DNA from: Hypanus sabinus | Lineage: Eukaryota | Reading direction: 5' to 3' | DNA: 64,000 nt | NCBI RefSeq assembly: GCF_030144855.1 | Contig: NC_082710.1 | Coordinates: 174,840,001-174,904,000 of the forward strand | Shown: piece after piece, positions 1 through 10,909 of the stretch | Layout: each line of letters starts with the position of its first letter | Numbering within the stretch: position 1 is the first letter of the stretch | Program-made: the position numbers and the translations under genes | Notes under the pieces: model-generated | Seen by the model: the letters and a program-made list of their open reading frames with translations, nothing else | The model's database searches: none | What the model was told of the DNA's origin: nothing

Positions 1-1100
1 CCTTCTTATCTCGTTAATTTTGCCTCGTGCAAAATGAAGTTCATCAATTGGCATTAATACACTCCTTTGCAGTCTTCAACAGCGCAGCCTGTTCTTTAGA
101 GACATCATTTAAGACGACTAAAGCTATATTTATTCACTGTTTATCAAATTTCTGTGACAATATATCTTGTGATATATCTTATCATCCTCAGAATATACAA
201 TCAATGCCTCGTACGTATTTATGATTGTCTGCAGTGCAACGCGTCTAGACAGTATCTCACTTTATTCAATGGTCTGAAAGCAAGAGCTTCATTCCCAGAG
301 GAGTCTGCAATTCCTTTACATGTGCATCTTTTAGTTGAAGATTGAGAAAACACCCAGAAACCACGCAGGCCAGGCTCTTCTCTTGCTGCTGCCATCAGGT
401 GGAGATACAAATGCCTCAGTTCTCAGACTCACCACCACCAGGTTCCCGAACAGTTACTACCCCCCAACCATTAGGCTCTTGAACAAAAGGAGACAGCTAC
501 CCTCATTTAAGGACTCAGTTATATTGTTATTTCATGTTTGTTATTTATTTATATTTGCACGGCTTGTTTACTGTTTATAGTTCTGGATGTTTACAGTTAC
601 TGTTCTATAGATTTGCGGAGTATACCCACAGGATGAGAATTTCAGGGTTGTACGTGGTCAGATGTATGTACTCTGACAATAAATCTTACTTTGAACTTTG
701 ATAACATAAAGAAATGCAAACACATAATTTTTGCCTCTCCAGCTGTCCGGCGTTTGGACACACTTTTCCATTTGTTCATCGATGTGTTGGACTGAATGCA
801 CGGAGGTATTCATTTTAACTGCCAGCAAAATGCTGTCAATAAGAACTTGATCTCCTCTGAGTTTGATCATTTTCGCTCTCGTTCATCCGCACAAAACGCA
901 CGTAGGGCCTGTAGCGGGGTAATGGAGGATTTTGTCACCGAGGCTTTTGTACACCATTCATATGGAATTTGTTTGCTAAATGACATTTTAAAAGACAAGT
1001 TTCTAAATATTACTCCACTTCTTCCCACTTGCAAATTCCCCAGCAACTCTTGCATCCGTGACAATCCACACAGCTAACACCATTCTCTGCATTATATTTC
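1..1100 (-). mobile_element. Duplicate of the hAT transposase fossil (partial)
   Basis: Identical to 15594-16693. Confidence 0.75.
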
Positions 1101-1895
1101 TCAGAGCTGCAGGTTCCAAACTCACAAGCGTTCAGTGTAGCTTTTTCAATTGTTTAAGCCATTCCACTTCGAATGAACTCACTCTTCACTCGGCCTGAGG
1201 TCACCTGGACAGAACACTGTTCATCGTCACCATCAATATTTAACACCGTGATTCCCACAGTCCTGATCAACAAGCCATGAACACTACCTCTTTCTTTTTT
1301 AAAATTTGTGCCTCTATATGACTTATCTTATTTTAACTGTTTAATATGCACAAATATTCTTATTTTCTCTAATACCATGTATTGCATCGTACTGTTCCCT
1401 CAAAGACAGCAGATTTCACTATATGTGCCAGATTCTGACTTTGTATTGAGGACACATCTAACATGTCAAGGAGAGACGTTATGAATGCAATGGGAGGTGA
1501 GAACCCCTGACCATCACTGTCACTGAAGAGAGTGATGAGCAAATGGGTAGGCCGAGTAAACAGTAGACAAGTCCCCAGACTCTGATGGAAAGCATCCCGG
1601 GGAACTGACAGAAAGAGCTGACTTTATAGTAGATGTGTTTGTGGAAATTTACCAATTTTGCTTTGTGAGGAACAGTCCTGAATTTCAATATTCAGCCTCC
1701 CAGAGTGAATTGGAGGTCAGTGGTCAGTTCTTATTTAACGGCTTAGTGGGAAGAGAAAGATTTTGACCTGTTTGTGGGTATGGAAGGACAGTAAAGTCAT
1801 GGCATCATTCTGTATGAACCAATCCCCATCATTCTGCACTGACCTACAAACACACACTTACACGAATCAATCGCCCACACACTGGGGGAGATTTA

Positions 1896-2434
1896 CACTC
1901 AGTGGCCACGTTATTCGGTACATCCCACACATAATAAATTCTGTCTTAGTGTGCGTCTGTGCTCTAACACGTCCATTTCAATGTTCTATGTGTTGTTCAT
2001 TCAGAGAGGCTCTTCTGCACACCAGTGTGGTACCACGTGGATTCTTCAGTTACTGTCACCTTCCTGTCATCCAGAACCAGACAGGCCATTCTTCTCTGAC
2101 CTTCTCAATAACAAGGCATTTTCACTCGCTGCATGGTTTTGTTTTACACACCATTCTCTGTAAGCTTTAGTGAATGTTGTGAACAAAAATCCGAGAGATC
2201 AGTAGATTTTGAGATACTCAAACCACCCTGTCTGGCACCAACAGTCATTCCACAGTAAAAGTCACCTAAAAAGTCACATTTCTTCCCCATTCCAATGTTT
2301 GGTCTGGACAACAACTCAACAATGTCTGAATGCTTTTATGCATTGAGCTGCTGCCACATGATTGGCTAATCAGTCATTTACATTAACCAGCAGACACACA
2401 ACTGTCCTGTACCTAGTAAAGTGCCCATTGAGTG
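1896..2434. mobile_element. Non-autonomous Tc1/mariner-type element
   Basis: TA|CACTCAGTGGCCACGTTATTCGGTAC ... GTACCTAGTAAAGTGCCCATTGAGTG|TA: imperfect TIRs with TA duplication. Confidence 0.8.
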
Positions 2435-2799
2435 TACGTCTGTGAGTGTACCTGTATATTTATACCGAAACAAAAGAACTCGCGCAAATTTCATTACTTC
2501 TGTCAGCCTAAAAATTCTTTTTTAAACTCCATGTCCCGCCCAGAACAGGGCCATCACCGGCAAATTCCTTTTGTCAAAATTAAATGTCACAAACTCTGAC
2601 TTTCTCTTTTAAGTGTTTGTTCTGTTGCTAATTTGGTCCTGCAGGTATTACCCAGAGCTGTCGTTCCTTGTTTTCTCGCTTCGTCCCTTAAGGCCGGAGA
2701 ATTCCCTCCCCAGAAGGTGCTTGAGACTTTTTCTTGCGTGGAGGGAACTTTTGGAAGAGGTGCAATATTGCTTGTTTCGTACAGTTTAACAAGTGTTTC

Positions 2800-3045
2800 A
2801 AAGGGTTCCTGAATGACTCTGTTTCTGCCGGAACCTCCCTGACTGCCCCAGATCTTCCTCGCTATTTCCAGAATTTTCGCGAAGCCCCGGCAAGTCTCGG
2901 ACTAGCAGCGCTGTCATTGGCCGCCGCCTCGGAACCTTCTCCAACCTTCGGCGGTGAGTCACTCGCCCGCGTTTTCATTGGTTTACCTAGACGTCCCTCA
3001 AGAACGAAGCACCGCCCACATAGCCGCGCTGGGACTATATTAAGG
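2800..3045 (+). promoter_or_regulatory. HSP70 copy 1 promoter: heat shock elements, CCAAT boxes, AP-1, GC box, TATA
   Basis: Perfect 4-unit HSE TTCcaGAAttTTCgcGAA at 2866-2883; second HSE GAAccTTCtcCAAccTTC at 2932-2949; inverted CCAAT (ATTGG) at 2916 and 2977; TGAGTCA at 2955-2961; CCGCCC near 3012; TATATTAA at 3036-3043. Confidence 0.9.
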
Positions 3046-3145
3046 GACGGAGCAGCAAGCCATGCAGTAACGATCGGCTTGGAGAAGCAAGGAAGTCCTT
3101 CTGGTATTTCAATAAGGAACGTCGGAGCTTTCATCAGAAACACAG

Positions 3146-5068
3146 ATGCCTGCATCCAAGGGGACAGCCATCGGGATCGATCTGGGCACCACCTACTCCT
3201 GTGTGGGGGTCTTCCAGCATGGCAAGGTGGAGATCATCGCCAATGACCAGGGCAACCGCACCACCCCCAGCTATGTGGCCTTCAACGACACCGAGAGGCT
3301 CATCGGCGATGCGGCCAAGAACCAAGTGGCAATGAACCCCGCCAACACCATCTTTGATGCCAAGCGGCTCATCGGGAGGAGGTTTGATGACCCGACGGTG
3401 CAGTCTGACATGAAGCACTGGCCCTTCCAGGTGGTGAGTGACGGAGGGAAGCCCAAGGTGAAGGTGGAGTACAAGGGGGAGAACAAGACCTTTTACCCAG
3501 AGGAAATCTCCTCCATGGTGCTGACCAAGATGAAGGAGATTGCTGAGGCTTACCTCGGCTACATTGTCACCAACGCTGTCGTTACCGTTCCTGCCTATTT
3601 CAATGACTCCCAGCGCCAGGCAACCAAAGATGCTGGTGTGATAGCGGGTCTCAATGTCCTGCGTGTCATCAATGAACCGACAGCAGCTGCCATTGCCTAT
3701 GGCCTGGACAAGAAAGGCAAAGGGGAGCGTAATGTCCTCATCTTTGACCTGGGTGGTGGCACCTTCGACGTCTCCATTCTCTCCATTGATGACGGGATCT
3801 TTGAAGTGAAATCGACAGCCGGTGATACCCACCTGGGAGGAGAGGACTTTGACAACCGCATGGTCAATCACTTCATTGAGGAGTTCAAGCGGAAATACAA
3901 GAAGGACATCAGCCAGAACAAGAGAGCGGTGAGGAGGCTGCGGACGGCCTGCGAGAGAGCAAAGAGAACCCTGTCTTCCAGCACCCAAGCCAGTATTGAG
4001 ATTGACTCTCTGTTTGAGGGTGTTGATTTCTACACCTCAATCACCAGGGCTCGGTTTGAGGAGCTGAACTCTGACCTGTTCAGGGGCACTCTGGAGCCAG
4101 TGGAGAAAGCCCTGAGGGATGCCAAGCTGGACAAATCCCAGATCCATGAGATTGTCCTGGTCGGAGGCTCCACCCGCATCCCCAAGATCCAGAAGCTGCT
4201 GCAAGACTTCTTCAACGGTAGGGAGCTGAACAAGAGCATCAACCCCGATGAGGCCGTGGCCTATGGGGCAGCTGTCCAGGCGGCCATTCTGATGGGGGAC
4301 AAGTCGGAGAATGTTCAGGATCTGCTACTCCTGGATGTTGCTGCTCTGTCGTTGGGGCTGGAGACGGCAGGTGGAGTCATGACCACCCTTATCAAGCGGA
4401 ACACCACCATCCCCACCAAGCAGACCCAGATCTTCAGCACCTACTCCGATAACCAGCCTGGTGTCCTTATTCAGGTGTATGAAGGCGAGAGAGCCATGAC
4501 CAAGGACAACAACCTTCTGGGCAAGTTTGAGTTGAGTGGCATCCCTCCCGCTCCTCGTGGCGTACCCCAGATTGAGGTGACCTTCGATATTGACGCCAAT
4601 GGCATCCTCAATGTCTCTGCTGTCGACAAGAGCACTGGGAAAACAAACAAGATCACCATCACCAACGACAAGGGCAGGCTGAGTAAGGAGGAAATTGACA
4701 GGATGGTGCAGGAGGCCGAGATGTACAAGAATGAGGATGAAATGCAGCGGCAGAAGATTGCAGCCAAGAACTCCCTGGAGTCCTATGCCTTCAACTTGAA
4801 GGGCTCTGTGGAGGATGAGAAGATGGCTGGAAAGATCAGTGCAGAAGACAAGAGGAAAGTTATTGACCTGTGCAACGAGGCAATATCATGGCTGGAGAAG
4901 AATCAGATGGCAGAGAAGGAAGAGTTTGAGCACAAGCAGAAAGAGCTGGAAAAAGTCTGCAACCCCATCATTGCCAAACTGTACCAAGGAGCAGGCGCAG
5001 GGGAATCATGCAGGGCACAGGCTGGGAATGCCAGTTCCTCTGGACCAACTATTGAGGAGGTGGATTAA
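3146..5068 (+). CDS. hsp70: Intronless heat-inducible cytosolic HSP70, copy 1 (640 aa)
   Basis: Uninterrupted ORF with HSP70 signatures [22 protein letters not shown] and [14 protein letters not shown], and cytosolic C-terminus [15 protein letters not shown] promoter lies upstream. Confidence 0.98.
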   Translation: MPASKGTAIGIDLGTTYSCVGVFQHGKVEIIANDQGNRTTPSYVAFNDTERLIGDAAKNQVAMNPANTIFDAKRLIGRRFDDPTVQSDMKHWPFQVVSDGGKPKVKVEYKGENKTFYPEEISSMVLTKMKEIAEAYLGYIVTNAVVTVPAYFNDSQRQATKDAGVIAGLNVLRVINEPTAAAIAYGLDKKGKGERNVLIFDLGGGTFDVSILSIDDGIFEVKSTAGDTHLGGEDFDNRMVNHFIEEFKRKYKKDISQNKRAVRRLRTACERAKRTLSSSTQASIEIDSLFEGVDFYTSITRARFEELNSDLFRGTLEPVEKALRDAKLDKSQIHEIVLVGGSTRIPKIQKLLQDFFNGRELNKSINPDEAVAYGAAVQAAILMGDKSENVQDLLLLDVAALSLGLETAGGVMTTLIKRNTTIPTKQTQIFSTYSDNQPGVLIQVYEGERAMTKDNNLLGKFELSGIPPAPRGVPQIEVTFDIDANGILNVSAVDKSTGKTNKITITNDKGRLSKEEIDRMVQEAEMYKNEDEMQRQKIAAKNSLESYAFNLKGSVEDEKMAGKISAEDKRKVIDLCNEAISWLEKNQMAEKEEFEHKQKELEKVCNPIIAKLYQGAGAGESCRAQAGNASSSGPTIEEVD

Positions 5069-5323
5069 AGGACTGTAAATGTGACAGTATGGGGCTTGCT
5101 CGGTTTGAGCTCTCTGGACACTTCAGTGGGTCTGATGCTGATGTTGGCTCTTGGGAATAGTCTCCACTGTAACACCACTGGGTCATGTCAATGTCCTGAG
5201 TCTGGCTGTGATGTTCTAATTGTAAACACTGGTAACTGGACTATTCAATTCCTTTGATCGGGTTCTCTGTATCGGGGGTATTTTTTTAATGTCACCACTT
5301 TTGGAATGTAAATTTTGTACAGT

Positions 5324-5356
5324 ATTAAATATGTTGTTATATATGCTTCGAATAAA
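5324..5356 (+). terminator. Polyadenylation signals of HSP70 copy 1
   Basis: ATTAAA at 5324-5329 and AATAAA at 5351-5356, followed by a T/GT-rich tract, about 280 nt after the stop codon. Confidence 0.7.
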
Positions 5357-5959
5357 TTGTTTAATTTTTCAATTGTTTGTAATTTTATTTAAATACCAGC
5401 GTAGCTGGGAAGGAATGTTTTTCTTTTGATTTCAAATATTGAAACTCCCCAATTTATGGGTGTTAAAATACTGCTGCATATAATCGGGTGACCCTTCCCC
5501 AAGCTCCCTTTCCCAGGGATATCTTCCTCCCAGATCCCATCACACTGTTCCTTGTTTCTGGATCTGGTTGTTAACACTTCCCCACTCTCACAGGTTCCGT
5601 GTGGCATTACTTTACCAGAAGGCCTGTGGTCCTTCAGGAAGGTGACTAACCCTCAACGTGGACAGATCCAGTGATGTTGGCCTTGGCCAGCAGCTCCAAC
5701 ATTGCCCCCCGACAAAGTATAATTAGCTGCCTTGGGGGAGGATTCCACACCCACATGCTGGGAATGAGGACTGGTTGTTGCAGTCGGCTCTGTGGTGAGG
5801 AGTGTGGGTCTGGACAGGTAGATGGGGGGGGGGGGACGTGTATGATTATGAGTGAATGTGTGTGCATTTTCTGAGTTGAGTTTACAAAGAATTTTTACGT
5901 ACTAATCATTTCAAGCCTTGCAGGGATTTCTGTAGGCTGTACATAGACTCCTTGACTGA

Positions 5960-6391
5960 NNNNNNNNNNNNNNNNNNNNNNNNNNNNNNNNNNNNNNNNN
6001 NNNNNNNNNNNNNNNNNNNNNNNNNNNNNNNNNNNNNNNNNNNNNNNNNNNNNNNNNNNNNNNNNNNNNNNNNNNNNNNNNNNNNNNNNNNNNNNNNNNN
6101 NNNNNNNNNNNNNNNNNNNNNNNNNNNNNNNNNNNNNNNNNNNNNNNNNNNNNNNNNNNNNNNNNNNNNNNNNNNNNNNNNNNNNNNNNNNNNNNNNNNN
6201 NNNNNNNNNNNNNNNNNNNNNNNNNNNNNNNNNNNNNNNNNNNNNNNNNNNNNNNNNNNNNNNNNNNNNNNNNNNNNNNNNNNNNNNNNNNNNNNNNNNN
6301 NNNNNNNNNNNNNNNNNNNNNNNNNNNNNNNNNNNNNNNNNNNNNNNNNNNNNNNNNNNNNNNNNNNNNNNNNNNNNNNNNNNNNNNNNNN
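5960..6391. other. Assembly gap (432 N)
   Basis: Run of N. Confidence 1.
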
Positions 6392-7009
6392 TGAAGGAAG
6401 TACCAATCTCCTAAATATATCCAATGACTTGGGGCCTCGGCAGATTCACACTTTGACTAAGGAAGTTCCTCCTAATTTGTGTTCACAGTACGTGTATACA
6501 AGACGCCATTTCTCTCGAGGACACTGACACCCAGGGCAGTTGCTTACAGGAGGTTTAATGGAATGGAAGTATTCCTGAGGATAGGAATTCTCTCCTGTTT
6601 GTTACTGAAGAGATACTGGGGTAATATCCGCGATGTTGGTGGCATTACTAAAAAAGAGAAAAGTAGAAACGATCGACACCTGTTAAATTCGGATGTTCAC
6701 ACGAAATTGTCACCCCACCACTCAGCCACCGTACAAGGCCGTCAAGGCATTGGAATGATTTCTTCAGTAACACTGGATCACCAAGCACACTCGAGCAAAT
6801 CCCTGAAGATGAGGGATTTTTTTTTTGAAAGGAAGCGTTGAAAGCACCCTCGAGTCATTTCTGAACAAAATAAACTTTTGCTAGACTGTAAAACTGGGGA
6901 AGCAAGGAACAACTGAGCAAAAAAAACACTAATCTCAGGAAGTTGTAAATCCATGAAATTTACTAATCCGTCCTTTGCAGATTACAAAGGCAACCTAGTA
7001 AATTTTCAG

Positions 7010-8615
7010 TTCTGCCCCACCGATCTTGTGTCTGCCTACTTGGACTCCATTTTATCCCCCATAGTTCAGATTCTCCCACCTACATCCAGGATACATCCCA
7101 TGCCCTTCACCTCTTCAATAACTTCCAATTCCCTGGTCCCGACCACTTCATTTTTACCATGGATGTTCAATCCTTATACACCTCCATTCCCCATCAAGAA
7201 GGCCTCAAAGCCCTCCGCTACTTTTTGAATAACAGACCCCACCAGTTCCCCAGCACCACCACACTTCTCCGGTTGACGGAGCTTGTTCTAACTCTCAATA
7301 ACTTCTCCTTTGGTTCTTCCCAATTTCTCCAGATCAAGGGCGTAACCACGGGCACTCACATGGACCCCAGCTATGTCTGCCTCTTTGTGGGTTATGTGGA
7401 ACAGTCTATGCTCCAAATCTATATTGGCACCACTCCCCAACTTTTCCTCCGCTACATCGACAACTACATTGGTGTTGCTTCCTGCACCCATGCTGAGCTC
7501 GTCAATTTCATCAACTTTGCTTCTAACCCAGCCCTTAAATTCACTTGGTCCATTCCCTCCATTTTCTTGATCTCTCGGTCTCCTTCTCTGGAGACAGACT
7601 ATCCACTGACATCTTCTACAAACCCACTGACTCCCATAACTATCTTGACTATACCTCTTCCCACCCTGCCCGATGCAAAAATGCCATTCCCTATTCCCAG
7701 TTCCTCCGTCTCCGCCGCATCTGCTCCCAGGATGAGGCTTTCCGTTCCAGGACTACTCAAATGTCCTCTTTTTTTCAAGATCATGTTTTCCCTTCTGGCG
7801 TCAACAAAGATGCCCTCACCCGCATCTCCTCCACTTCCCGCACTTCAGCCCTTAACCCATCCTCCCGTCACCACAACAGGGACCGTGTTCCCCTTGTCCT
7901 CACCTACCACCCCACCAGCCTCCGGATCCAACACATTATCCTCCGCAACTTCCGCCACCTTCAACAGGACCCCACCACCCAGCACATCTACCCCTCTCAG
8001 CTTTTCGCAGGGATCATTCACAAATGCTACACCTGTCCCCACACCTCCCCCCTTACCACCATTCGGGGCCCCAGACAGTCCTTCCAGGTGAGGCAACACT
8101 TCACCTGCGAGTCTGCTGGAGTTGTCTATTGCATCCGGTGCTCCCGGTGCGGCTGCCTCTACATCGGCGAGACCCGACACAGATTGGGGGACAGCTTCGT
8201 CGAACACCTCCGCTCCGTCCGTCACAATAGACAGGATATCCCGGTTGCCACCCACTTCAACTCTGTCTCTCATTCCCATCTAGATATGTCCGTACAGGGC
8301 CTCCTCTACTGCCATGATGAGGCTAAACTCAGGTTGGAGGAGCAACACCTCATCTACTGACTGGGTAGACTCCAGCCTGGAGGTATGAACATTGAATTCT
8401 CCAATTTCAGGTAATTCCATCCCCCTCCCCCTATCCCAGGTCCCTCTCTGCCTCTCTCCCCTTTCAACTTTCTGCTCCTTTATCTCTACAGTTCTTTCAT
8501 GCTTATCCCGTCCCCCTTTATCTTGACCCTGACGAAGGGTCTTGGCCTTAAACGTTGGCTACGCTTTTCTCACGGACGGTGCCTGACCTGCTGGGTTCTT
8601 CCAAAGTTGTGTACG
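7010..8615 (+). mobile_element. Penelope-like retroelement, 5'-truncated (RT + GIY-YIG endonuclease, frameshifted)
   Basis: MDVQSLYTSIPH, FLRYIDN, FLDL..., YKPTDSHNYL, VVYCIRCSRCGCLYIGET; terminal repeat with a decayed hammerhead motif near 8529. Confidence 0.88.
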
Positions 8616-8924
8616 TAGCGTTGTTGATTCCTGCCCAGCGAGTCTCAGCGGAGGTCTAATCCACCTTCCTTTTCATCGCTCTGCTCTGCAGCCACGCAAT
8701 TCCCCACTGTCGTCGAAGAGGGCGGAGAAGGTTTGAAGCCGCTCAACATCAGACTCCACCACTGCATGAGCGCGACTTCATCGCCTCCTCCGGCTGTTCT
8801 AATGACATTTGAGATAGCTGTGTCCTAATACGAACGCTCTCAACTTTTGTTAACTCCGTTCCGACACAAACTAAGGAAGTCTATAATAAAACATAACGAA
8901 GCACCGGGCAAGAAAATTTCTAAT

Positions 8925-8935
8925 TCTGTTTTTAC
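8925..8935 (-). terminator. snRNA 3' box, U1 copy 1
   Basis: GTAAAAACAGA about 10 nt past the U1 3' end matches the AAARRYAGA part of the 3' box consensus. Confidence 0.65.
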
Positions 8936-8944
8936 ATCGAAAAT

Positions 8945-9108
8945 CAGGGGAGAGCGCGAACGCAGTCCCCCACTACCACAAATTTTGCAGTCGAGTATCC
9001 CGCATTTGGGGACATCGCAGGCGTCAGCACACCCGAAGTGCAATGGGATAGCCTCGTCCTGGGAGAACCGCCTTCATGATCACGGTCTCTCCCCTGCCAG
9101 GTAAGTAT
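8945..9108 (-). ncRNA. RNU1: U1 spliceosomal snRNA, copy 1 (164 nt)
   Basis: Minus strand reads ATACTTACCTGGCAGGGGAG...ATTGCAC (U1A loop)...AATTTGTGG (Sm site)...GGGGGACTGCGTTCGCGCTCTCCCCTG; full canonical length. Confidence 0.97.
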
Positions 9109-9151
9109 GCTTTCCACACTCCGCCAGCCACATCCAGGCCTATGCCATACC

Positions 9152-9304
9152 CCTCAGAGTTAAGGCAAACAAATATTTTAAATACCTACTTCCTACTTTT
9201 ACACACCATCCCCCTAGAGTACCGTTACCACAAAGACTACAAATCTAGATTAGTTGATTAGCTGCTGTAGTTCACTGGTGACAATTTCCAGACCTTAATC
9301 TGCA
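9152..9304 (-). promoter_or_regulatory. U1 copy 1 promoter: PSE and octamer-like distal element
   Basis: PSE-like TTGCCTTAACTCTGAGG at about -44 to -60 (9152-9168); ATGCAGAT octamer-like motif at about -190 (9297-9304). About 450 bp of upstream sequence is conserved with copy 2. Confidence 0.65.
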
Positions 9305-9959
9305 TCTTTTCCAAAAAAGGAAATCTGCGCCACGATTGGTTTTGCAGCGACTGCCCGTTACCGAACCCGACCACACGGTGGCAGTGTTTTCATTGAGGAA
9401 ATACAGGGAGCTGCCTGAGGCTCACAGGGTAAATGAACAGGCGACCCCTTCCCCTGCCCCGCACTGGAAAGGGTGAAGGGGTGATTAGTCAGCATGTTAC
9501 AGGGGTGTCAGCTTTTCACTTATGAAGGGAGACTGAGCACAGAACAGCACACGAGCAGATCTTTTGGCCCAAAATGCCTGTTCAGCTAAATTAAATGAAA
9601 CTCCTTCTGTCTGCGCACGGTCCGTATCCCTTCATATCCCGCATGTTCTAGTTTAAAACCCTCTTAAGCTGCACCGTATCCGCTTCCACCACCATACCTG
9701 CAAACCTGTTCCGGCAGCAAACATCAACGTGTGTGTAAAAAAAATCTCCTTTAAGCTAACCCCCATCATAAAAATGGATGTATTTGAATTTTCTCTTCTG
9801 CGGAAAAGATTCCAAAAACCTCTTCTATAAGTGTTTCTCAGCAGTTTTCAAGTTTTGCCTCCATTCTTGACACTCGAGAGAAATCCAGAGGGTTAGATAA
9901 GTTTTCTTAGTGGAGGAGAAGGGTGAGCGTAAATGGGAGAGAGAGGCCCCGGGTGGGCT

Positions 9960-10803
9960 GAAAACAAGAACTTTTACCCCATGGCCGGGCGAGCTCAAAC
10001 CAGGGGGCCTGAGGACTGGACACCATCTATTCCAGCAGACTCAGGAGGAAAGTAATCAGGAGACACCACTCACCCCGGCCACTCCCTGTTTGACCTGCTG
10101 CCGTCCAGCAAAAGGTTCAGGACTCTAAAAACCAGAACAAATAGACAGAGGAACAGCTTCTACCCCAGAGATGTGAACAAATAGACGGAGGAACAGCTTC
10201 TACCCCAGAGATGTGAACAAATAGACAGAGGAACAGCTTCTACCCCAGAGATGTGAACAAATAGACGGAGGAACAGCTTCTACCCCAGAGATGTGAACAA
10301 ATAGACGGAGGAACAGCTTCTACCCCAGAGATGTGAACAAATAGACGGAGGAACAGCTTCTACCCCAGAGATGTGAACAAATAGACGGAGGAACAGCTTC
10401 TACCCCAGAGATGTGAACAAATAGACAGAGGAACAGCTTCTACCCCAGAGATGTGAACAAATAGACAGAGGAACAGCTTCTACCCCAGAGATGTGAACAA
10501 ATAGACTGGGGAACAGCTTCTACCCCAGAAGCTATCACACCACTCCCACAGAACAATGACTGAAACTGTGAGCGCACACAAGGATTCAAATACTCGTACT
10601 AACGGCACTTTGTGCATTACTGTTACATTCTGGTGCTCCTATAACTTATTTTCTGTATCTTATTAACTTATTTTCTATTTAATACTGTTTTTCTATTACT
10701 GTCTTGTTTTATCTACCGTTTTATTTAATTACCTGAGAGGAAACCAAACAGAGTTTCATTGTATCTATGTATAATGACAATAAAGATCATTCATTCATTC
10801 ATT
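9960..10803 (+). mobile_element. 3' end of a Rex1/Babar-type LINE with (TTCA)n tail, containing a minisatellite
   Basis: HSLFDLLPSSKRFRTLKTRTNR..NSFYP-like C-terminal motif; AATAAA followed by cattcattcattc. Confidence 0.6.
10135..10529 (+). repeat. 40-bp minisatellite, about 10 copies
   Basis: Unit GAACAAATAGAC(A/G)GAGGAACAGCTTCTACCCCAGAGATGT repeated head to tail with no spacers. Confidence 0.97.
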
Positions 10804-10909
10804 GAGGTGCAAGGGTTAGCGAGGAAGAACTTCATCTGTGGTTGTAATCTGGAACCTACTGACGGGGGGGAGTGGGGTAACAGGGACTGTCACAACATTT
10901 AACATTTAA

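Larger units (their letters stand above)
1..5276 (+). repeat. Segmental duplication, copy A (pairs with 15594-20870); left edge outside the window
   Basis: Near-identical sequence at offset 15593/15594; ORF translations in the provided track match. Confidence 0.97.

Noticed and set aside
2734-3246. 170/207-aa ORFs over the HSP70 promoters
   Set aside because: They start at non-ATG codons, overlap HSE/TATA elements, differ in length between copies and show no protein motif.
3134-3988. 284-aa antisense ORF over HSP70 (also 18728-19582)
   Set aside because: Long antisense frames opposite HSP70 are a known by-product of its codon usage; here the frame is codon-aligned with HSP70, is broken further along, and has no independent promoter evidence.
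5906-6527. ORFs of 172 and 191 aa
   Set aside because: They consist mostly of Ns from the assembly gap.
9110-9600. Heat shock element in the U1 promoters
   Set aside because: No run of three correctly spaced nGAAn units was found, so direct HSF control of U1 is not supported by the sequence.
10135-10529. Possible CRISPR array
   Set aside because: Units are contiguous with no unique spacers, there are no cas genes, and the context is vertebrate; it is a minisatellite.
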